A program made the position numbers and the translations under genes. The notes under the pieces were generated by a model, which did no database searches, had not been told where the DNA came from, and saw only the letters and a list, made by a program, of their open reading frames with translations. A DNA stretch of 41,975 nucleotides from Armatimonadota bacterium (GTDB taxonomy: Bacteria > Armatimonadota > Zipacnadia > Zipacnadales > UBA11051), in NCBI GenBank assembly GCA_046483205.1, contig JAWODS010000345.1, positions 1 through 41,975 on the forward strand, given 5' to 3'. This document shows positions 17,804 to 26,680 of the stretch, one piece after another. The stretch's first letter is position 1. Every line of letters begins with the position of its first letter.

Positions 17804-18469
17804 ATGCCGGAACGCAACAAGTTTCTGGACGCGCTCCAGCGTGTTATGCGGGGATTTGCGCCCAGTGAAGAGAACTTCTATGAGCTTTTTGAGCGGCTCG
17901 CCACCAAAGCCTATGAAGCCGCACAGTGTCTGGACGATGTCGTTCACAGGTATCACCGGCTTGAGCTGAATGTTGAGAAAATCGCCGATATCGAGCACGA
18001 TGCGGATGATATTGTCCACGAAGTGGTTCGACGGCTCAATACCACTTTTGTCACCCCCGCCCTGTTTGACCGCGAGGACATCTACCGCGTCGCCGAACGT
18101 CTTGACGATATTATCGACCAGACAAAAGGGGTCATTGACCGCCTCCAGTTGTTTGATATTGAGGAGCCGACGGGCCGCTGCGTGGAGATGAGCGATATCT
18201 TTCTTAATGCGGCCGAGTGCCTGCAAATAAACATGCAGGACCTGTCCAACATGGAGCCGTCCAACTGCGAGCATGTCGCCGAGATCAACGCGCTGGAAAA
18301 CCAGGGCGATGTGGTTAACCGTGCTGCGATGAGCGAGCTCTTCGAATACGACGGCGATCCCAGATACATCATGAAATGGCTGCAGATATATCAGTTCATG
18401 GAGGGTGCCATTGATGCCTGCGAGGGTGCGGCAAACCTCGTTGAGGCAGTGGTGGTAAAGAATGCCTAG
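17804..18469 (+). CDS. DUF47 family phosphate transport regulator (PhoU-like, Pit accessory)
   Basis: IEHDADDI, TFVTP..DREDI, LENQGD, E.AID.CE and VVKNA. Confidence 0.92.
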   Translation: MPERNKFLDALQRVMRGFAPSEENFYELFERLATKAYEAAQCLDDVVHRYHRLELNVEKIADIEHDADDIVHEVVRRLNTTFVTPALFDREDIYRVAERLDDIIDQTKGVIDRLQLFDIEEPTGRCVEMSDIFLNAAECLQINMQDLSNMEPSNCEHVAEINALENQGDVVNRAAMSELFEYDGDPRYIMKWLQIYQFMEGAIDACEGAANLVEAVVVKNA

Positions 18470-19490
18470 CTGGGTTATCGCCACGGTATTTTTCGGCCTT
18501 GTGTTCAACTTCATGAACGGGTTTCACGATACGGCCAATGCAATAGCTACCTCCATCCTCACCCGCGCTTTGAGCATACGCCAGGCGATAGTGTTCGCCG
18601 CCGGCCTGAACTTCCTCGGGGCGCTGGTTAGCGTCAGAGTCGCTACCACCATGGGGAAAGGCATCGTGGATCCGGCCGACACGACCAACACCGTTGTGAT
18701 GGCGGCGTTGATCGGCGGGATCTGCTGGCTTTTGATTACCTGGTATTTCGGTCTCCCCACGAGCTGCTCGCACACGCTCATTGGCGGGACTGTCGGTGCC
18801 GTCCTGGCGGATCACACGACAGTTCACGCCACTGCCGGTCAACTGGGATGGACGATGAATTACAGTATTCTGCAGTTCGACGGGTTGCAGAAAATCATCA
18901 TCGCCCTGCTGGTGTCTCCAATCATCGGCATTATCGGCGGCGCGATGCTGATGATTCTTCTTTTGCATATTTTCGGCCACTGCGTCCCGGCGGTCCTCAA
19001 CCGGTACTTCAAGCGCTTCCAGGTGGTCTCCGCCGGCTTCATGGCTTTCAGTCATGGCTCCAATGACGCCCAGCAGATTATGGGGATTATTACATTGACG
19101 CTTTTCGCCAGCGGCGTTTACACCGGGGATTTTATCGTCCCCCTGTGGGTAAAAATCGCGTCGGCCGCCGCCATCGCCCTGGGAACAGCCGCCGGAGGCT
19201 GGAGGATTATCAAGACCATCGGTAGAAAGGTTATGGAGCTGAAGCCGATTCACGGATTTGCGGCAGAAACCGCGGCGGCCTCCACAATCCAGCTCGCCAC
19301 TCATTTTGGGGCGCCCGTCAGCACCACACACGTCATCTCAACCGCCATCATGGGCGTCGGGCTGTCGCATCGGCTCACCGCGGTCCGATGGGGCATCGTC
19401 GGCCAGATCGTCGGCGCCTGGATACTCACTCTGCCCGTGTCGATGGTTTTCGGCGCTGTGACTTACTGGATTATGAACGGCTGGTTATAA
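18462..19490 (+). CDS. pit: Inorganic phosphate transporter, PiT family
   Basis: GFHDTANA, GLPTS.SH, HGSNDAQ and PVSTTH signature motifs. Confidence 0.95.
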   Translation: MPSWVIATVFFGLVFNFMNGFHDTANAIATSILTRALSIRQAIVFAAGLNFLGALVSVRVATTMGKGIVDPADTTNTVVMAALIGGICWLLITWYFGLPTSCSHTLIGGTVGAVLADHTTVHATAGQLGWTMNYSILQFDGLQKIIIALLVSPIIGIIGGAMLMILLLHIFGHCVPAVLNRYFKRFQVVSAGFMAFSHGSNDAQQIMGIITLTLFASGVYTGDFIVPLWVKIASAAAIALGTAAGGWRIIKTIGRKVMELKPIHGFAAETAAASTIQLATHFGAPVSTTHVISTAIMGVGLSHRLTAVRWGIVGQIVGAWILTLPVSMVFGAVTYWIMNGWL

Positions 19491-19499
19491 TAGTCATAT

Positions 19500-20747
19500 A
19501 TGGCAGCGACAACCGCTACACCACAAAGACGGGCCGTGATTACCGGCCTGGGAGCCGTCACACCACTCGGTACGGGGGTTGACACGTTCTGGACCCATCT
19601 GACGGCCGGTGAACGCGGCATAAGGCCGATTACGAAATTTAACCCTGAGGGCCTGCGCAACGAAAAGGCGGGCGAAATCCGGGACTGGTCGTTTGCACCG
19701 TCCGACTTCAATCTCGCTGACGCCCCCGACGAAGCGGCTCAATTCCTCCTGCAGGCGGCCTCCCAGGCCTTTGCAGACGCCGGGCTTGAACGTCATTTCT
19801 GCCCTTCTGACATTGACCCTCACACCGGGACGGTCCTCGCCACGAATTTCGCAGGCATGACCGCCTGGGACGCGTATATGAATTCAGTGCTGGACGGTGC
19901 ACCCGATGCGGCGGCATTTTCCGGATTCGGCTTCGACCACGCGCTGGGACAGGTCGCCCGGGTGTTTGGTATGGGCGGCCCGTGCAGCGTCACTTCCATG
20001 GCCTGTGCATCAGGAACGGCGGCAGTGGGGATTGCCCGCGATGAAATTGTCCGTGGTAATGCCGAGGTCATGCTCGCCGGAGGGTATGACAGCCTCTCAC
20101 CCACGCTGTTGAGCGGTCTCAGCCTCCTGCGAACCATCACCGACGACGATCTGCGCCCATTTTCAGCCAATCGCAGCGGCACACTTTTTGGCGAGGGCTC
20201 CGCCGCACTCGTCGTCGAATCCTACGAGCACGCAGTCCGGCGGGGCACAAAGATTTACTGCGAGGTGCTCGGGCACTGGCAGAATAACAACGCCTACCAT
20301 CTCACCGCCCCTGACAGCGGTGGCGCCGGAATGGCCCGGGCTCTGGGCAAAGCGCTCGAAGTGTCGGGTGTCGATCCGGCAGCCATTGATCACATCAACG
20401 CCCACGGCACCGGAACCGAGTACCATGATGTCGCCGAGACCGAGGCGATTAAGACGGTTTTGGGCGATCATGCCTACGAGGTGACCGTGGTCTCCATCAA
20501 GGGAGCCCTGTCGCATCTCATGGGCGCTGCCGGAGCCATCGAGGCCGTGACCACGGCTCTATCCATCGCCCACCAGAGAGTCCCGCCGACCACCAACTAC
20601 TCCGAGCCCGATCCTGAATGCGATCTTGATTACGTCACCGGCGGTGCCCGCGAGCAGCAGATCCGCAACGCTGCCAGCATCTCCGCAGGTATCGGCGGCG
20701 ATAACGCCTGCGTCGTTTTTGGGGCTGTGCCTGAGAATAACCAATGA
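19500..20747 (+). CDS. Beta-ketoacyl-ACP synthase II-like (FabF / type II KS)
   Basis: VITGLG, catalytic MACASG, GEG, NAHGTGT and KGALSHLMGAAG; atypical C-terminal SAGIGGDN. Confidence 0.92.
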   Translation: MAATTATPQRRAVITGLGAVTPLGTGVDTFWTHLTAGERGIRPITKFNPEGLRNEKAGEIRDWSFAPSDFNLADAPDEAAQFLLQAASQAFADAGLERHFCPSDIDPHTGTVLATNFAGMTAWDAYMNSVLDGAPDAAAFSGFGFDHALGQVARVFGMGGPCSVTSMACASGTAAVGIARDEIVRGNAEVMLAGGYDSLSPTLLSGLSLLRTITDDDLRPFSANRSGTLFGEGSAALVVESYEHAVRRGTKIYCEVLGHWQNNNAYHLTAPDSGGAGMARALGKALEVSGVDPAAIDHINAHGTGTEYHDVAETEAIKTVLGDHAYEVTVVSIKGALSHLMGAAGAIEAVTTALSIAHQRVPPTTNYSEPDPECDLDYVTGGAREQQIRNAASISAGIGGDNACVVFGAVPENNQ

Positions 20748-21694
20748 CCACCACCGGAGACAGGACAAATGGCGTTGTTGTAACCGGCGTCGGGCCGATC
20801 AGCTCGATCGGTATCGGGCGGGCGGACTTCCTTGAGGGTCTTCGCACCTCTCGAGAGGGTGCCGGCCCGTCCGAGCGCATGAAAAGCACCGGCTCTTTTG
20901 CAGAAGTCGCTGAATGCCGCGATTTTGTCCTTGATGACTATTTGGAGAGCGAAAAGACCTATCTCGACAGGTGTTCGGAACTGGCGCTTGCATCCTGCAT
21001 CCTGGCATTCGACGACGCCGGTATTAGCCGGCAGGAGATCGATGGCGAAACCGTCGGCATCTCCCTGGGGACGTCGTTCGGCTGCCTGGAGTCGCTGACG
21101 AATCACACCGCACGCGTTCAGAAGCGGGGCGTACGGTTCGGCTCTCCGATGATTTTCACCCACGCCATGGCAAACTCAGCCACGGCACTTTGCGCCATCG
21201 AATACGATATCCTGGGGCCGTGTGCGACATTCTGCACGGCCGATGTCGCGGCCGCCAGCGCGCTGCAATTCGCCTGGCGGGCTGTGGCAGACGGACGGGC
21301 CGAGTACGTCCTCGCCGGAGGGTGTGATGCTTTGACGCCGGCGCTCCTGCAGGGCATCGGTCCGGATGTATTGCCGGAAAAGACAGCACCCGGTGAGGGT
21401 GCCGCCATGTTCGTGCTGGAAACGCTGAAACACGCGCGCAAACGCGGCGCGGCGATTATCGCCGAAATAACTGATGTCGGCGTATCAGGCCGGGCTGAAG
21501 CGTCGGAAACATTCGCCATCTTCAGCCTCCCCTCCCCCCGCCCGTACGGACACACTTTCGGAGCATCAGTCGCACTCGACCTCGCAACCCTGATGCTGCA
21601 GGACGCACCGGGTGGATACAGCTTCCAGAGCTATCGCCCCTCGGATGTCGCAAACCGCCCTGCAGCCGAAATCGTCTTCGGGAGGCCCCAATGA
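20744..21694 (+). CDS. Inactive ketosynthase-like protein (chain-length-factor-like)
   Basis: VVTGVG, YLDR, LAGG.D, PGEGAA and GHTFGAS are present, but TAC is replaced by TAD, HGT is missing and the protein is only 316 aa. Confidence 0.8.
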   Translation: MTTTGDRTNGVVVTGVGPISSIGIGRADFLEGLRTSREGAGPSERMKSTGSFAEVAECRDFVLDDYLESEKTYLDRCSELALASCILAFDDAGISRQEIDGETVGISLGTSFGCLESLTNHTARVQKRGVRFGSPMIFTHAMANSATALCAIEYDILGPCATFCTADVAAASALQFAWRAVADGRAEYVLAGGCDALTPALLQGIGPDVLPEKTAPGEGAAMFVLETLKHARKRGAAIIAEITDVGVSGRAEASETFAIFSLPSPRPYGHTFGASVALDLATLMLQDAPGGYSFQSYRPSDVANRPAAEIVFGRPQ

Positions 21695-22665
21695 CTCACG
21701 ATTGCGATGAGCTCATCGAACATTACGGACGGATGGTGCTGATCCGCCGGTTTGAGCAGCATCTCAGCGACCTGTTTGCAACCGGCGCCATTGCCGGCAC
21801 CTCTCATTTCTGCATCGGCCAGGAAGCCTGCGCCGTCGGTGCAACAGCGGCTCTGGATGATGAGGACATGGTCGCATCAAACCACCGCGGACACGGCCAT
21901 TTCCTCGCCAAAGGCGGAGACCCCAGGCGGATGATGGCCGAGCTCATGGGCAAAGAGGCCGGATACTCCGGCGGGCGGGGCGGATCGCAGCACATGGCGA
22001 ATTTTGATATCGGCTTTCTCGGCTCCAACGGCATCACCGCCGGGATGATCCCCGTCGCCACCGGTGCGGCCCTCACCCAGAAAATACACCGGACCGGCCG
22101 CGTCGTGCTCTGTTTTTTCGGTGACGGCGCCTGCGGACAGGGCGCATTTCACGAGGCGGTGAATATGGGAGCGATCTGGAAGCTGCCGGTGATCTATTTC
22201 CTCGAAAATAACCTTTACGCCATGAGCACCGCAGCCTCCGACATGTTCCCTATTGAGAACCTCGCCGACCGGGCTCACTCGTATGGCATTCCCGGAGTGG
22301 TGGTGGATGGAAACGACTACTTTTCGGTGCGGGAGGTCACTTTCGATGCGGTCAATCGCGCCCGGGCCGGTGAGGGCCCGTCACTCATTGAGGCGAAGAC
22401 GTACCGCCAGTGCGGCCATTCCAAGAGCGACCGGTGCGAATACCGGTCGGATGACGAAGAGCAGCGGTGGCTGCAGCGGGACCCGCTCGTGATCATGCGA
22501 GAGCGATTGCTGCAGGATGGTGTGGCTTGTGCAGCGGCCCTGGATTCGGTGGAGGAGCGGGCGCAAAAGCAAATTGAAGAAGCTTCTGATTACGCCGAGA
22601 ATTGTCCGGAGCCGGACCCCGCGACCGCAGATGCGGATGTTTTCAGCGACCCGGCGTGCTCTTGA
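21691..22665 (+). CDS. TPP-dependent dehydrogenase E1 alpha subunit (PdhA/AcoA-like)
   Basis: GQEA, HRGHGH, GRGGSQH, GDGA...ENN TPP motif and TYR..GHS..D. Confidence 0.93.
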   Translation: MTHDCDELIEHYGRMVLIRRFEQHLSDLFATGAIAGTSHFCIGQEACAVGATAALDDEDMVASNHRGHGHFLAKGGDPRRMMAELMGKEAGYSGGRGGSQHMANFDIGFLGSNGITAGMIPVATGAALTQKIHRTGRVVLCFFGDGACGQGAFHEAVNMGAIWKLPVIYFLENNLYAMSTAASDMFPIENLADRAHSYGIPGVVVDGNDYFSVREVTFDAVNRARAGEGPSLIEAKTYRQCGHSKSDRCEYRSDDEEQRWLQRDPLVIMRERLLQDGVACAAALDSVEERAQKQIEEASDYAENCPEPDPATADADVFSDPACS

Positions 22666-22680
22666 CAGAGAAAGACGAGC

Positions 22681-22738
22681 CTACTATGATTAGTAGTACG
22701 TCTTTCGGGGAATACTTTATGTAGTACGCAATTACAAT
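22681..22738 (+). promoter_or_regulatory. Putative BlaI/CopY-type operator pair and -10 element
   Basis: CTACTA-TGAT-TAGTAG palindrome (22681-22696), second TACT-N6-AGTA (22713-22726) and TACAAT at 22733-22738, directly upstream of the BlaI gene. Confidence 0.65.
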
Positions 22739-22771
22739 ACAGGATTGGCTGAGGAGCGGGAGGAGCGGCAA

Positions 22772-23218
22772 ATGGCACAACGTGATGAGCTGAACCTACC
22801 GGTATTCCGGCCCGGCAAGAAGGGGCTGCAGAAAACACTGGGCTCACTGGAGACCATGGTCATGGACGCAGTGTGGGAGGCCGGTGAACCCGTATCGGTC
22901 GAACAGGTGCGGTCAAAACTTGAAGAAGCAGGCAAGCAGTCCGCATATACCACGGTTATGACCACCATGAGCCGGCTTTTCAAGAAGGGGCTTCTGCAGC
23001 GCGAGATGCGCGGGAAGGCCTATTACTATACCCCCGCAGTCTCCCGCGAGGAACTCGACAGCAATATCACCAGGCAGGTCGTTGACGCGCTTTTGACGAC
23101 CTTTGCAGAGCCCGCCATGTCGTATTTTGTCGAAGCCCTGAGCGAAAATGACCCGGACAAGCTCGATTCACTGGCTGAGATGATCGAGCAAAAACGCCAG
23201 GACGAGCAGGAGGAGTAG
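22772..23218 (+). CDS. BlaI/MecI/CopY family transcriptional repressor
   Basis: LGSLETMVMDAVW...AYTTVMTTMSRL.KKGLL.R...GKAY.Y; GGAGGAG RBS before ATG 22772. Confidence 0.93.
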   Translation: MAQRDELNLPVFRPGKKGLQKTLGSLETMVMDAVWEAGEPVSVEQVRSKLEEAGKQSAYTTVMTTMSRLFKKGLLQREMRGKAYYYTPAVSREELDSNITRQVVDALLTTFAEPAMSYFVEALSENDPDKLDSLAEMIEQKRQDEQEE

Positions 23219-23221
23219 CGC

Positions 23222-24220
23222 TTGGCGCTCTGTCTGGCTGCAGGGCTGTTGTGGGTCGTGTTTAGCGATCTGCTGCATATTGTTATCGCCCTTCCTGTTG
23301 CAGCCGCTGCAGAATCACTTTCCTTCAAACACCCGACAGTCGCCGCCAGGTTCTGGGCGGCGGCCTGTCTTTTACCGGCCGTCTGTGGCGCATTTTTCGC
23401 CGCTGTCGCCCTGCTTTTGCCGTACACAGGTGCCGTAACCCCTCACCTGGAGCGCATCCGGCCTCACCTGTGCTGGCATTCTTTGATTACCTCGGCCGAC
23501 GCCCCGTGGCATTTCAGGCTCGCAGCTCTGGCCGCCTGTGCCATCATCATCGCCGCACTCATACGCTTTGTGTGGCGGCTGGCAAATACCTATCGTCTGC
23601 AGGTTTTGGCCTCCGGCCCAATGTCGGATGACACCGGCCCGGGGGTTATCGTTGCTCCGTCGGAGTCGTGTGCAGCGTTCACTGTGGGGCTTTCGAGCGG
23701 GGCCATAATTATCTCGCAGCGGCTCGCCCGCGAGCTTCCGCAGGACGAGTATGCGGCTGTGCTGGCCCACGAACGATCTCATTTCAACCGCAGCGACAAT
23801 CTACAGCATCTGCTGCTGGAGCTGGCGGCGACAGTATCGCTTCCCGTACCCCTGGGATATATCTATTTCAACCGGTGGCGAGCGGCCGCTGAAACTGCCT
23901 GTGACCGGGCCGCCGTCAAAGCGACCTCTCCCGAGGCGGTCAGAAGTCTCCTGGAGCGCCTGCAGGAGCTCCACATGGAACACACCGCCGAGATCTCCGG
24001 TGGGACACTTCAGCCGACCTACCGCAGCGGGCTTTCTCCTTCGGAGCGGATCGCACGTCTGTGCGGCCCTCACCATCCCACCATTGCCCCCCCATTACCC
24101 ACAGTGTTGACGGTCGAGGCCGTGCTTGTCGTTGCCGTTGTGTGGCTTTTGCGCGGGCCAATTGTCGATTCGCTGTACTGTGCCGGGGACAGCGTGCTTT
24201 CCATTCTTTCCGGCGGATGA
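23222..24220 (+). CDS. M56 (BlaR1-like) membrane metallopeptidase
   Basis: Hydrophobic N-terminal helices, AFTVG, VLAHERSH..R.D and E.ACD; adjacent to BlaI. Confidence 0.85.
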   Translation: MALCLAAGLLWVVFSDLLHIVIALPVAAAAESLSFKHPTVAARFWAAACLLPAVCGAFFAAVALLLPYTGAVTPHLERIRPHLCWHSLITSADAPWHFRLAALAACAIIIAALIRFVWRLANTYRLQVLASGPMSDDTGPGVIVAPSESCAAFTVGLSSGAIIISQRLARELPQDEYAAVLAHERSHFNRSDNLQHLLLELAATVSLPVPLGYIYFNRWRAAAETACDRAAVKATSPEAVRSLLERLQELHMEHTAEISGGTLQPTYRSGLSPSERIARLCGPHHPTIAPPLPTVLTVEAVLVVAVVWLLRGPIVDSLYCAGDSVLSILSGG

Positions 24221-24276
24221 TTGCAACTGGTTGCACCCTTTGCCACTGCGACCGCTGTTGTGCTAAAATTCGGGTG

Positions 24277-24903
24277 ATGGAGAACCTGGGTTTCGAGTGG
24301 AAAAGCGCCATCCGTCTGGGCATCCTCGGAGGCACATTTGATCCTGTCCACTACGGGCATCTCGCTGCCGCGCGGGTGGCTGCTGATGCGTGTGATCTCG
24401 ACCGCATCCTGTTCGTTCCTGCCCGAAAACCACCACACAAGACCGATGCGACGATTTCGTCACCCATGCACCGCTACCTCATGGCCGTTGTTGCAGTTCT
24501 CGACACAGAGCGGTTTTCCGTCTCTCGCCTGGAATTGGACCGGGAGGGGCCCAGCTATACCATCCACACCATCCGGCAGTTGAACAAACTGACGGGGCGG
24601 GATGCAGAGCTTTTTCTCATTCTCGGGGCCGATATGGTTCTTGATATTGTCAACTGGTATGAAACCGACGCAATTGTTGAGGAGGCGCATGTCCTCGGCG
24701 TCTCCCGGCCGGGCTTTGATCTGAAGGATATGGAGCAAAAGCTGGGCCGAAAGCGTTCTCGTACAATAGAGATCATCCCGGCCGACACCCCCGATATTTC
24801 GGGGACGCAAATACGGGCACGGGCCCGCAGAGGCGAATCGATCCGTGGGACCGTTCCAGATCCCGTAAACGCATATATTGAGGCGGCCGGACTGTACACA
24901 TAG
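24277..24903 (+). CDS. nadD: Nicotinate-nucleotide adenylyltransferase
   Basis: GGTFDPVHYGH, PPHK, SYT, GAD and ISGT.IR; start moved from track 24061 to ATG 24277. Confidence 0.95.
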   Translation: MENLGFEWKSAIRLGILGGTFDPVHYGHLAAARVAADACDLDRILFVPARKPPHKTDATISSPMHRYLMAVVAVLDTERFSVSRLELDREGPSYTIHTIRQLNKLTGRDAELFLILGADMVLDIVNWYETDAIVEEAHVLGVSRPGFDLKDMEQKLGRKRSRTIEIIPADTPDISGTQIRARARRGESIRGTVPDPVNAYIEAAGLYT

Positions 24904-24952
24904 GACTATGGGCTCCCGGGGAACCTTCCCCGGAGCAAAGCCGGAGCGAACA

Positions 24953-26245
24953 ATGCGCACATCGACTGATTACATCCTGTACATGCTGGTCTTCGCCGTG
25001 ATTTCCGGCGGCGCCTATGGTGTGTATGACGCCGTCAGCACGCCACCGGCCCGCGTCGAGCAGGCGAGACAATCTGATACCTGGCAGACCACCGACTCGG
25101 GGTTCGATACGTCGGGCACTGAGCTGAGCGGGATTGTTCGTATTGTGCTGATAGGCGCCGACGACCGCGACGGAGAGGCCGGCCGCTCCGACACTCTCAT
25201 GGTCGCATCCATCAACCCCGCCCGCATCACGCTGGCGTTGATGTCCATCCCGCGAGACCTCCGCGTGCTTATCCCGGGCCAGGGTTACGATAAAATCAAC
25301 GCAGCCTATGCGACGGGTGGCCCGCCGCTGACGGTGGAGACGGTGGAGCGCTTTTTGGACGACGATATCGACCACTGGGCAAAGATTGACTTCGAAGGTT
25401 TTGTGAAGGCGATAGACACACTCGGCGGGGTTGAAGTCACCGTCCCCGATATCGAGGGGCCGCAGACAGGCGGGACGCACCACGGGATGAATTATGACGA
25501 TAACTGGGGCAACCTGCACATTCACCTCAAACCGGGCCGCCAGAAGCTCAATGGCGAGGAAGCGCTCGGCTTCGTCAGGTATCGCAAATCCAATATGTAC
25601 CGCAACCGCCAGGGCACAAGATACCGGGCGGGGATTAACGACATCGAGCGAGCGAAAAATCAGCAGATGTTTCTGCAGGAACTGATGAAGCAGAAGCTGC
25701 GGCTGACGAAGCTGCCCAGCCTCGTGAAGGCCGGAAGTCAGATCCTGAAGTATCTGGAGACCGACCCGGACCTCACGTGGACGAAGGCGTATCAACTCTT
25801 CAAGATTATCAGACACGTGGACCCGTCGGAGATGTACACGATGACGGTGCCTATCCGGGACCGGTGGATATCCAACGGCAGCCAGGAGATCTACTATGCC
25901 GAGGTGGTCTCGAGCACCTTCCGCGAGCGCCGCTCGGAGATGCAGGATTATCTGTACGGGCGCGAGCGGACGGACGTGCAGGTGACTGTGCTCAACGGCT
26001 GTGGACGAGCCGGCATCGCTGCGGCTGCAGCGGACCTTTTGACCGACCGGGGCTTTGAAAACGTCCAGATTGGCAATGCCGCACGCTTCGACTACAGGGC
26101 TACTGAAATTGCATACTACGGCGACAACGAGAAGACGGCGACCCGGATCGCCCGGCTCATGGACTGCGGGCGAGTGTCACCCGGCTCAGCCGATGACGAC
26201 AAATCGGGCGTCGAAATTGTTGTCGGCGAGGATTTTCAGCCCTGA
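24953..26245 (+). CDS. LCP (LytR-CpsA-Psr) family protein with LytR C-terminal domain
   Basis: N-terminal TM helix; GRSDT, SIPRD, KINAAY, ALGFVRYR, DIERAKNQQ; C-terminal VLNG.G.AG...IVVGED. Confidence 0.92.
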   Translation: MRTSTDYILYMLVFAVISGGAYGVYDAVSTPPARVEQARQSDTWQTTDSGFDTSGTELSGIVRIVLIGADDRDGEAGRSDTLMVASINPARITLALMSIPRDLRVLIPGQGYDKINAAYATGGPPLTVETVERFLDDDIDHWAKIDFEGFVKAIDTLGGVEVTVPDIEGPQTGGTHHGMNYDDNWGNLHIHLKPGRQKLNGEEALGFVRYRKSNMYRNRQGTRYRAGINDIERAKNQQMFLQELMKQKLRLTKLPSLVKAGSQILKYLETDPDLTWTKAYQLFKIIRHVDPSEMYTMTVPIRDRWISNGSQEIYYAEVVSSTFRERRSEMQDYLYGRERTDVQVTVLNGCGRAGIAAAAADLLTDRGFENVQIGNAARFDYRATEIAYYGDNEKTATRIARLMDCGRVSPGSADDDKSGVEIVVGEDFQP

Positions 26246-26301
26246 CGGCGAAAAGAGTAATACTGGTGCATACGTCCGGACGAACTTAGGGAGGCGGTTT
26301 T

Positions 26302-26658
26302 TTGGAGCAACATCCACAGGAGAAAGTCCAGATCGCCATTGACGCACTTCTGGACAGGCGAGGGCAGGACGTCGTTGTCATGGATATGCGAGATGTGACC
26401 ACGATCTGTGATTACTTTGTCATCTGTCACGGCCTCTCTCCCACTCATATTGATGCGCTGGCCGAAGAAGTTCAGCAGAAGATGAAAGCAAGCGGGCACC
26501 TTCCCCTTCACATAGAGGGCAGTAAAGATGGCCGCTGGATGATCCAGGATTACCTTGAGGTCGTCGTCCATATCTTTGCCCAGGAAGCCCGGCGCTTTTA
26601 CGATCTCCAACGGCTCTGGAGTGACGCCAGGATTGTCGCCGAATACACAGAAGAGTAA
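26302..26658 (+). CDS. rsfS: Ribosome silencing factor (Iojap)
   Basis: DYFVIC.G, EG....W...DY..VVVHIF....R.FY.L..LW; TTG start with GGAGG RBS. Confidence 0.93.
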   Translation: MEQHPQEKVQIAIDALLDRRGQDVVVMDMRDVTTICDYFVICHGLSPTHIDALAEEVQQKMKASGHLPLHIEGSKDGRWMIQDYLEVVVHIFAQEARRFYDLQRLWSDARIVAEYTEE

Positions 26659-26680
26659 CGGCACTGTTGACGCCGACAGT

